Assembly: GCF_964355755.1 (NCBI RefSeq)
Contig: NC_092673.1
Coordinates: 9,300,001-9,364,000 of the forward strand
Length of the DNA: 64,000 bases
Direction of reading: 5' to 3'
Origin: Antedon mediterranea
Lineage: Eukaryota > Animalia > Echinodermata
The position numbers were made by a program, and so were the translations under genes. The notes beneath the pieces are model-generated. The model saw only the letters and a program-made list of their open reading frames with translations. It searched no databases and had not been told where the DNA came from. Each line of letters starts with the position of its first letter. Position 1 is the stretch's first letter. Shown piece after piece: positions 24,501 to 36,500 of the stretch.

Positions 24501-27500
24501 TCTTTCATTAAAGTGAATAGAAAGTTGGGCATTCTGAATAATTTGGGACAACATTGAAGTCTCTAAGGCCAGTCGTTGATGAGATATTGAGATAATCAAA
24601 ATTTAGCGTCAAAGGTCAAAACAGGCATTTCTGACCATTTTTTGTTAAACTTTTTCATTACAGTGAATATAAACATTGGTCTTCTGAGTATTTTGACACC
24701 AAGATTGTTTACTTACACCTACTGGTTGTCAGCATATGGTAAATAATTTTAAGATGGCCGCCATTTTGAAAAATGGCCAAATCGGGTTGAAGCACAACGG
24801 GGAAACCCGGGGACTTTTAGTATGTTGTTTCAGACAACATTAGGGACCTATCCTGAAAAATTCAGCTTTAGCATATTTATTTCTACCTCAAAATCTAATA
24901 CTCCTGGACTACATGAGCTAATTGATTGATTTGATTGATTTTATTCGATATTCATACACAAAAGTTAAAATATACAATGTACAAAAAGAATACCAGGATA
25001 ACCCATTAAGTCGACAAAAAAAGTAAACTTATTTCCAATGGGGTCCAATCCGTATTAACTGAAAAAGTGAGTGGTTGGGCCTAGTACAATATATCATTAA
25101 GTTGGACACAGTAAAAATGGAAAAACAAGAAAATACATATAAGACAAGATAACATAAAAAAACAATATTAAAAAATAACTTAATTAAACTGATATTCCAA
25201 GCTGTTCATTATTAAAATATTTTGTTTTATTTTGAAGGTTGCATTATTTTGTATTGATTTGAGTGAATTGTTCCAGTCCAGTATGATTTTTGGCATTTTT
25301 GACCTTTGACCTACATATCATATAACTCCGTAACTAACAGTTGGACAAACTTTAAATAGGGCTCAAATTAATCTGAAGGTGTATGTTTCTATTCAGTCTA
25401 ATAAGAACTTTTTCACGAAAATGACCCAAAATGTTGTTATTGACCTTTGACCTGTACAGGTAAATACACATTCCTACAATCTCAAAAACTATTGGCCGTA
25501 AAAGGTTTTTTTTTGTGAAATCGTTCGAAAAATTTACATTTATATGTTTTATAATAACAACATTTATAGAAATGTAAAAGAATTCAATTTATGATCACTA
25601 AATTTGTAATTTATTAACATCACTAGCATTTGTTATAATATTAAAATGTGTTATATTTGGTGATTTTAAGCACTTCACATGAATTTATTAGAATTAGGTG
25701 TATTTAAATATAAAGTTTTATTTTTTGGATATAAAGAAAATTTAATTATCTATCAAATAAGACCATTTTCAAATTAATATGGCTAAAACTTAATTAGATA
25801 CAGGCAAAAAGGTGTATTTTTACTTGTGTGAACAGCGCCCTCAATCTTCATTTCTTCCCTCAAAATATCACATTTTTATGTGGTTTCATAAACTTAGCAG
25901 GTTGTAACTTTTTAAAAGATTTGTTGCCAGTGACGTGTAACTTACATATCCCTTCTATCATATACTATAAAGTAAAGTTTCTGAGATAAAATGAAAAAAA
26001 TATTTTTATAGCTCGATATTTTTCTTGAGGTTATTACATGGTATGGTACACGCTAAAAAAGATTTTGATTTTGTGCTAAAAATCCATCTTTTTAGTCCAC
26101 TACAAACAATCTTGTACAGACATTCTTACACAAACAGCATTTTATTGGAAAGATAATGATAATATCTATCCAATAAAATATGAATTTTGTGTATTAATAT
26201 CTGCTAGATAGCTTTTATTAAACAAAAAAGATGGACTTTTAGCTCAAAATTAAAATAATTTTTTGGTGTATATCATTTAATAACCTCAACAAAAATATCA
26301 AGCCATCAGAATTTTTGTCTCAATTTGTTCAGAAACTGACCTAGTACGTTATAAAAGTGGTATGTAAATTAAAGGTTACTGTAAAAAATCTTTAAAACAA
26401 AGTTATAAGCAGTTAAGGTTATGAAACCAGATAAAAATGCCACATTTTTATCTGGTTTCATAACCTTAACTGCTTATAACTTTGTTTTAAAGATTTTTTA
26501 CAGTAACCTTTAATTTACATACCACTTTTATAACGTACTAGGTCAGTTTCTGAACAAATTGAGACAAAAATTCTGATGGCTTGATATTTTTGTTGAGGTT
26601 ATTATTTATTAAATGATATACACCAAAAAATTATTTTAATTTTGAGCTAAAAGTCCATCTTTTTTGTTTAATAAAAGCTATCTAGCAGATATTAATACAC
26701 AAAATTCATATTTTATTGGATAGATATTATCATTATCTTTCCAATAAAATGCTGTTTGTGTAAGAATGTCTGTACAAGATTGTTTGTAGTGGACTAAAAA
26801 GATGGATTTTTAGCACAAAATCAAAATCTTTTTTAGCGTGTACCATACCATGTAATAACCTCAAGAAAAATATCGAGCTATAAAAATATTTTTTTCATTT
26901 TATCTCAGAAACTTTACTTTATAGTATATGATAGAAGGGATATGTAAGTTACACGTCACTGGCAACAAATCTTTTAAAAAGTTACAACCTGCTAAGTTTA
27001 TGAAACCACATAAAAATGTGATATTTTGAGGGAAGAAATGAAGATTGAGGGCGCTGTTCACACAAGTAAAAATACACCTTTTTGCCTGTATCTAATTAAG
27101 TTTTAGCCATATTAATTTGAAAATGGTCTTATTTGATAGATAATTAAATTTTCTTTATATCCAAAAAATAAAACTTTATATTTAAATACACCTAATTCTA
27201 ATAAATTCATGTGAAGTGCTTAAAATCACCAAATATAACACATTTTAATATTATAACAAATGCTAGTGATGTTAATAAATTACAAATTTAGTGATCATAA
27301 ATTGAATTCTTTTACATTTCTATAAATGTTGTTATTATAAAACATATAAATGTAAATTTTTCGAACGATTTCACAAAAAAAAACCTTTTACGGCCAATAG
27401 TTTTTGAGATTGTAGGAATGTGTATTTACCTGTACAGGTCAAAGGTCAATAACAACATTTTGGGTCATTTTCGTGAAAAAGTTCTTATTAGACTGAATAG

Positions 27501-30500
27501 AAACATACACCTTCAGATTAATTTGAGCCCTATTTAAAGTTTGTCCAACTGTTAGTTACGGAGTTATATGATATGTAGGTCAAAGGTCAAAAATGCCAAA
27601 AATCATACTGGACTGGAACAATTCACTCAAATCAATACAAAATAATGCAACCTTCAAAATAAAACAAAATATTTTAATAATGAACAGCTTGGAATATCAG
27701 TTTAATTAAGTTATTTTTTAATATTGTTTTTTTATGTTATCTTGTCTTATATGTATTTTCTTGTTTTTCCATTTTTACTGTGTCCAACTTAATGATATAT
27801 TGTACTAGGCCCAACCACTCACTTTTTCAGTTAATACGGATTGGACCCCATTGGAAATAAGTTTACTTTTTTTGTCGACTTAATGGGTTATCCTGGTATT
27901 CTTTTTGTACATTGTATATTTTAACTTTTGTGTATGAATATCGAATAAAATCAATCAAATCAATCAATTAGCTCATGTAGTCCAGGAGTATTAGATTTTG
28001 AGGTAGAAATAAATATGCTAAAGCTGAATTTTTCAGGATAGGTCCCTAATGTTGTCTGAAACAACATACTAAAAGTCCCCGGGTTTCCCCGTTGTGCTTC
28101 AACCCGATTTGGCCATTTTTCAAAATGGCGGCCATCTTAAAATTATTTACCATATGCTGACAACCAGTAGGTGTAAGTAAACAATCTTGGTGTCAAAATA
28201 CTCAGAAGACCAATGTTTATATTCACTGTAATGAAAAAGTTTAACAAAAAATGGTCAGAAATGCCTGTTTTGACCTTTGACCATAAATTTGGATTATCTC
28301 AATATCTCATCAACGACTGGCCGTAGAGACTTCAAAATTGTCCCAAATTATTCAGAATGCCCAACTTTCTATTCACTCTAATGAAAGAAAAATACAAAAT
28401 TCCTTTAGAAACCTTCTATTCTGACCTTTGAACTATTGACCTAAGCATATTTTAATTTTATAGACATCTTGGTGATCGATAGGAGTACATAAACGAAATT
28501 GGTGTCAAAATACTCAGAAGACCCATATTTATATTCATTATAATGGAAAAGTTTTTAAAAAAATGACCGGAAATGCATGTTTTGAACTTTGACCCGAAAT
28601 TTGGATTATCTCAATATCTCATCAACGACTGGTCGTAGAGACTTCAAAGTTGTCCCAAATTATTCGGAATGCCCAACTTTCTACTTTAATGAAAAATACC
28701 AAAAACCTTTAGAAACCTTCTATTTTGACCTTTGAACTATTGACGTAGGCATATTTATTTTTATAGACATCTTGGTGATCGATAGGATACGAAATTGGTT
28801 TCAAAATTTATAACTTTGACCCTAAATTTGGGTTATCTCAATACCGCATCAACTGCTGGCCGTAGAGACTTCAAATTTGTCCTAAATTAAGCAGTGTGCC
28901 CAACTCTCTATTCACTGTAGTTAAAGAAAAATACTAAAAGCCTTTAGAAACCACCTATTTTGCCATTTGAACTATTGATCTGGCCAATACAATATTTTTG
29001 GGGGAAAATGAAGTTTGAGTTTAGTACTTTTGATTCTACGGCCCATTAATTCCACAGAAAACTCTTTAACTTTGTTAAGCTTCGCTCTGCTACCAAAGAT
29101 GATACTTTCGGTTTTGCCAACATGTAAAGATAATTTGTTTTCAGTTAACCAGTCCTGGCACTTAGCTAGGACAGTACTTAATTTATGAGCGATTTTGGTG
29201 GCATCGTGATGAGAATACAGAATCGTAGAATCATCAGCATATAGCAATAATTGAACATCAGAATCAATACAAGAAGCAATATCATTTAAATAACATAGAA
29301 AAAGAATAGGGCCCAAGATGCTACCTTGCGGTACACCATGAGTAACTATAAGAGGTTCAGAGCAGGTACCATTCACACTGACAACTTGTGTACGATTAGC
29401 GAGATAAGATTGAAACCAGTCAGTACACTTAAAACCCATGCATTTTAGCTTGTTAATTCAAATCACATGATCGACGGTATCGAAAGCTTTTTGTAAGTCA
29501 ATTAGAACCATTCCAGTAAGAAGGCCTTTGGACTTATTGTTTTTTAAACCGTCGATGAGATTTATGAGGTTGCTTTCAGTTGAATGGGCCTGCCGAAAAC
29601 CGGATTGATAGGCATAATGTATATTATTGTTGGAAAGATACCTTTCAACTAAGTTAACACCATAATACATAATATTATAATTAAAAAGTAATTTTCTTAC
29701 CACGTCATCCTTTTCGACTCAGTCTGTTGTGATACCCCTCAAGGTCGTTGTTGGTCCTCGTTGCTTGCCCAAAAACAGACCAATCTTGAGGGGTAAACGT
29801 GTCGACCCATGTCCGCTGCAAATACAGTTAATAGCTGGCGGATATCTACGTTGTCCCCAACGTTCCTCTGTAGATGGTTAAATGTGGGAGGAATGTGCTC
29901 GGCCGGCAATAGCGGCAATTCCATTAACTGTCTCGGTAACTGTAAAGAGATAAACAAAAAATAGCATATGTAAACACGAAACACGACATGAACGTTTTCA
30001 GATTAAAATAAAGGGGGTTAGGGGGTATCTTTTACATTTACGCCGTACTGGACGCACAAAATAAAGGAATCTTTTGGTAATTCAATCTGTCAACGTGGTA
30101 TAACCTGAAATTATATTACGTACCTCGTGTGTGCCGTTGTCGTTGAAATGAAAACCGCCTGTAGTGTAAATCAAAAAAATTAAGATATGCACACAATTTC
30201 GATAGGCAAATAAACAAAAGTTAAATATTAAGTGTACCTTTGTGAAATGAAATAAGCAACCTGTCATTGTCAACAGGTTTATAAATTCGAAAGAGTTAAA
30301 TCTGACAGTTAAGTCTATTCAATCCTACAATAGCATCCATTTTCATAATGCTTTATGCAAAATTGATGCGCTTTACACCACGAACGATATTGTTGAACCT
30401 TGACCATAATTGACACGCGACCGAAATGAAACGCAACCGAGATGCTGTAATTAATATTATCTAAGGCTAAATCTTAGGTCTTGGGTCTTAGCTTTCGTGG

Positions 30501-33500
30501 TCTTAGGTTTCGTGACACCCAACTAGGCTACGTGATGTGGTTTAAAAAAATGGAAATTAAATTAAAATTTTATTAATCCTAGCTAGCCTAGACTAGTACT
30601 AGGCCTAGGATATTAAATAGAGGAAAGTGAAAGAATCATTTTAAAACAAAAATTTGGATAACTATTACTAAAGATATCCCAATATCAAGTGTCATCTAGG
30701 CCTACTGTAGGCCTAATGGTTTTTTTTTAGGTCAACATTTATTAGTTTCCATCAATGGTACAGCAATACAATAACAAGAGTGGTAATTTATAATGAGATA
30801 CAAATACAAAAATACCATTATAATAGAGGATCTTGCAAGAAGAGATTTCTTGTCACGCAAGACCCATACACGAAAAGAAAAAAATACATTTCTATATAAT
30901 TATATACCGGTAAAATAAAAAATGTCATGACAAAAACAGTTTGAAGGTCTAGTTTGAGTACAATGATAATAAATGATTTTTAAGTTTTTTGTGAAAAGTT
31001 GAGAGAGAGGAAGAGTTAACAATACTAGTATCTAATTGATTCCAAATTAAAGGGCCAGAAACATAATTAAATTGGGAAGAACTAGTTAATCTTACAAAAA
31101 GAATAGTTAACTGAAACCTATGAACAGTACTTCTTATGGTTCCAGGACGATTCGGCCCTGAGACGATTCGGCCCAGGACTATTCGGCCCACATTTAGACA
31201 AAACCAATGATTGTTAATTATAATGTTATACAGTTTTTTTTTTTGGTTTTTATCAAAGGTGTTTGAACTAAAAATTATGTATTTAAATGTAAATAAATGA
31301 TACCGTCGTGTTTACAAACGGTATCATTTTGTGTAGGGTTTAATCAAGTTTTTTTCCGTGGAATTTTTTGTTTTGTTTGCTAGGCTAGATTGAGGACGAA
31401 AAACGAATTCTCGGCCAACATAGAGTAGTAGAGAAACAAATGAATAGGCCTAAAGAAAAACAACATACATTATTTAAACATTAATTAAAATTCTTGTCAA
31501 AGTCAATAAGTTTGAGTGGGATGAATTGTCTCAGAGCCAAATCGTCCCGTTACCCTTCTTTTACCTTGATTTACCTTGACCTTTAGACTATAAACCTGTT
31601 AAGGTTTGTGAGTCCCTCTTTGAACATCTTGGTAATATATGGCTCAAACTTTAGGTTGTGGGTGTTTCAAGATGGGTTTTAAAATTATTGATAGAGGATG
31701 CATTTACTATACCCTTTTTACACAGCCAGTAAAAATGCAGAGTTGATCCGGAATTGTATAACCCAAGTCGTACCTGGGACGCAAAATGCGGAAATGTAGG
31801 CTGGTGTAAACGACGTAAAAAGTTACCTGGGTCGCTAAACCACCCAGGTAAGTGATGCGGAGTGTATTCAGCATCAAGTCAACCCGGGACACACCTGGGA
31901 TGAACCCAATTCGTGTCTGTATTGCCATAAAACAAAATTTTTGGAGGTATAATGAGCTGACTGTTACTACAGGGTGTCTCTTCATGCGTGAGAGGGCGAT
32001 ATTTTGTGTAAATACACGCAACCCATGTCATTCCCGGGTTAATGAATCAGGTGTGAACAGGAAATTTATCCAGACACGACACAGGTTTGTTATAAGCTCG
32101 GCAGTGTAAAAGGGGTATTAGATTAATACCATGGTTAAAATCAGCAGTGTTAAATAAATTAATCATGGGAGAAGAAAGATTGTTAGAAAACTATTGAAAG
32201 GCATGAAAAGAGGCAATTTGCAATTTATGTAACCTCATGTATCTATCCTAGGCTAGGCCCAACAAGCAGGGACTGGTACCACCACTAAAGCGTGGTTCCC
32301 ATTGCTAACTGTCTAACTTTGCTTGTCATTGGTTAAAACGCTTGCATTGCGTTTACATCCTTGCGTTACGTTCTAAGCGCTAATGATTATTAAATTGTAA
32401 CCAAATTAACTTAATATTTTAATATCTTGCAAAACCGTAAATCAAATAAAAAACCGTGTTAACTTGTTTTTTCAGTCAGTAAATATAAATAAAAAACTTA
32501 TTGGACTTGAAAAAACCCACCGAAAACTAAATTAAAAATTAGAAAACTAGATAAAAAATATCACAATAACACTTTTTTAGAGAATATGCAGCAAAAGTAG
32601 TTCTGTTATGGGGATACCCCCAACATCGCGATGTGTCATAGGTGTCGTATCACAAATCATATTTATGTTAAAACAGTGCCCCTATAGTTTCTGGTCCTAG
32701 CTAGTTATAGGACTTGTACTAGTAGGCTGCCTACTGTAGGCCTAGGGATATGACCGGTTGGGCCGCCGTTGATGCGTCTTTTACAACATTTTGTGTATTG
32801 ATTACATACACTTCCACTGATGAAGGGCTATAGTGTTGCCCGAAAGCTCTGCTAGATTTTCTGGCTGTTTTACTTTATTGTTTTGATTTAGCTTTACGCT
32901 TTTCTTTTTGTATCTTCATTGAGATCCATGCACTGATACCCACAGCATTGTCATTTTTTCAGTAATTTGCCTTTGGATTTACATGCAGTATATAAGTACA
33001 CAGGGTAGCCTCGTAGTAGGAAATTAAGCGCTCGTGGTTAAAATGTTATAAAAATAAATAATATATGTTACCTGATCCGGCAAAACCCTACTTTTGTCGA
33101 GAATTTTCATTTATATTTTTTATATAGGCCCTATTTGGATTATTTGAATCATAAAACTAAATTTTATAAACTTACAAATCATTCAATTAGTTGAAGAAAA
33201 TCGCGTTTGAAGTTTGCAATGAAATTCTTTTTGATACGCGCTGTAGCAACACGGTGGATATGTAAATGTAAAATCCCACGTTATACATTATACATTTGGA
33301 CATAATACATTAACTAGATTTAATTCGTCACTATGATGAATTATACTTATAGGTTATATGCATTGATTTAAATAAAGTTAATTTTTTGATTTTATATTGA
33401 TTTTGTCATGATATTTAATTATTTATTATATGAAAGGTAGGATCTTGGTAGCGCAAATACAATAGCCGGTATCACTGCACATTGAGTCACTTAAATTTAA

Positions 33501-36500
33501 TTAAAAACAACCCGATCAAAGATCCCTCCACGTATATGTCATAAACCACCCTTGTTACATACCGTAAATCTTCTAATAGTTTAAACCCCTCATCTAATAG
33601 TAACCCACCTTATTAGTCAATCTATAATAATAACCCACTACTCTAATAGTAACCCATGGGGGTTAATATTAGAGTCACAAAAACATTATGAAGACTGGCC
33701 GTATTTTGAAAAAAAGGAGATAATGCATGTTGTTGGGAGTGGGGGAGGATTGAGTGTTTTTGAGTTTACAAAATAAAGTTAGCGTTCAAACAAATTTATT
33801 TATTTGTACTGTTTTATTATTTTGTTATGATTTGCTGACCGGAAAAATTGGGTGAGTTACTATTTTCAGGTGCCTAATTTAAGATTAGTAATAATAACCC
33901 ATTACTCTAAAATAGTAACCCCCCTTCTAATAGTAATAAGTTGTTTGTTGCTAACGTTTTCCGTCTTCCGACATTACGCTTTCCACAATTTGTTTCCATT
34001 TTTTTCTGTTTATGGCAGGATGGTTTGTTATTGTGTTAGTGTCTACTAGTCCTTGTAAGTATTTCTTTATTTGATTCATCCAGTTATTTCTTGGTCTTCC
34101 TACGGGTCGTTTTACTTTTAGTTTCCTTCATTGTTTGTTTGATTGGGGTATCATCCGGTAATCTAATTATGTGTCCATACCATTTTAGTCTCCTTCGTTT
34201 AATTCTTTTACTCCATTCTTCTTGTTTTGTTATCTCATATATTTTCGTGTTACACACTCTATCTGTTAATTTAATATCTATCATCTTTTGCAACATTTTC
34301 CTGTGATATATATCTATGCTCTCTTGTAATTTTTTGTTTAGTACCCAGAGTTCACTGTTATATAAGAAAATACTTGCTATGTATGCGTCAAACAAACGGG
34401 ATTTCACGTCTATAGACATCGTTTTGTGTTCTAGCGACGGCTTCAGCTTGTTATATGCCATAGCTGCTAGTGATTTTCTTCTTTTAATGTCTTTTTCTGT
34501 GTCCAAGTTACTACCGAGGTATTTGCATTCTTCCCATTTACTATCGGTGTTTCTTCCTATTAGGTATTCTTCTGTTTTACTTTCGTTTATCTTTAGATTG
34601 AATTCTGCTAATTTCTCTGTTACTTTTTTCTTTATTTTAGTTATGTGTTCTTTTGAGTCGCTAATAAATGAAATGTCATCTGCATACTGCATCTGGATAT
34701 TAAGCTGTTGTAGGGGTAGTGGTGTTGTGTTTGCTGATTCGAGTGCCTTTGCTAGGTATAGTGTGAACAGTATCGGAGACATACAGTCACCTTGTGGTAC
34801 TCCTAGTGTAGTAGTAAACAATTTTCCTGTCTGTTTCAACTTTCAACATGTGTAGTTCATCATCTTGTAATATATGTGTCAGTATGTCGAATAGAGTATT
34901 CCTCCACACAGTGTCAAATGCACTGGTCATGTCAAGTAGTAGTAATATTATTTCGTAGTTAGATGACGCAATTTCCTTTTCTGCTAACATTTTGCATGTA
35001 TGTACATGTTCGGTAGTGCTTCATCCTCTGCGATACGCGGCCTGTGTTACAGGGACATGTTCATCTAATCTGTCGTTTATCCTAGTTAGTAAGCATATTG
35101 CTAGCATTTTCCTAAGAACCGACAGTAGGAAGATGGGTCGGATGTTTTTTGGTGGACCTTTTTTCTTGCCTGGTTTCGGTATTGGATGCAATATGCCTTC
35201 GTTGATTTCTTTAGGTATGTTTCCTGTTTTAGCTGTTTGGTTATATATTTCGGAAGTGCTGGGTGACGCCGCACTACATAACAACAGGGAAAATAACATC
35301 AAATAGTCTTTTTCCACACTCTATTTGTTTCCTAATATTTATGTGAAGGTTTTAAGGATGTGTTTGGGAAGGTGTAGAAAGTCTTTAAACACAGGAAGTT
35401 TAAATGTTCGCGGTATTAGAAGCGATTTTCAGAAACGAGAACTAGCCAGCGATGCAGCTAAATACAAGCTTGACATTCTCGGGGTCCAATCGCACCACCT
35501 GGCGGGTAGCGATGTCATTCAAATCAGGCCTGACGATAACAAAGGCAGATATGATTTCTTCTACACTGGACCCGCAAACAACACAAGACATGGCGTGGGA
35601 ATTCTAGTTGAGAGCAGTTTTAAAGCAGAATTTAGGAAATATCGGAGAGAGTAATTACAGCCCGAATCAACATAGAAAGTAGAGGAGGTAAGCCTGGGTC
35701 GAGGCGTAGGCCGAAACCCAGGAATGTACTTTTCGTATGCGCATATGCACCTACTTTAGAACATAGTGAACAACAACCTTGGGATAGAGATCTAGGTTCT
35801 ATGACGAAGTACAAGAAGCATTAAATGAAGCAAAAAACAGAGATATCCTAATATTAGCTGGAGATATGAATGCAAAAACTGGGGACAGCCATCATGATTA
35901 CCCACAATGTGTAGGAAGATATGGTAAAGGAAAAACGAACAATAATGGAACACAGCTAGTTGAATGTGCACTAAGAAATAATCTAGTACTAACAAATACC
36001 ATGTTTAAACATAAGATGTCACATAGGACTACGTGGGAATGCCCGCAGAGACGCGATCAGCATAACGATCAGAAGAGTGGAGAGATCAGACGCAACCCCT
36101 ACAGAAACCAGATCGATTACATTCTAGTTAAGAATTCACACATGAAGATAGTCACTAACGCAAGAGCATACAGTGGTACGAGAACATACACTGATCATAG
36201 ATTAGTCAAGACAACTTTAACACTACAATGGTATAAATTAAATAGTAACGCTAAGAAAACCAAACAAATAGATGTGTCAAAACTTCAAGCACAACAAAAC
36301 AGACAAACATATCAAAGAGAGGTATCGAGATGTATACAATCTGTAAACATCCAGGACCTGGAACCACAAGAGAAATGGACCAAATCAACGACAGTCTTTC
36401 AGAATGTAGCATTGGAAGTGGTTGGTTACAGGAAAGCAAAGTCTAAATCAAACAATAAATATATACAAGAGTTATCGAAGAAGCAGAAACAGTTGAGGTG

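Noticed and set aside
27978-28998. Independent second Academ MITE insertion
   Set aside because: Its flank is the mirror image of the first element's right flank and it is a right/left TIR chimera, so it belongs to the rearrangement.
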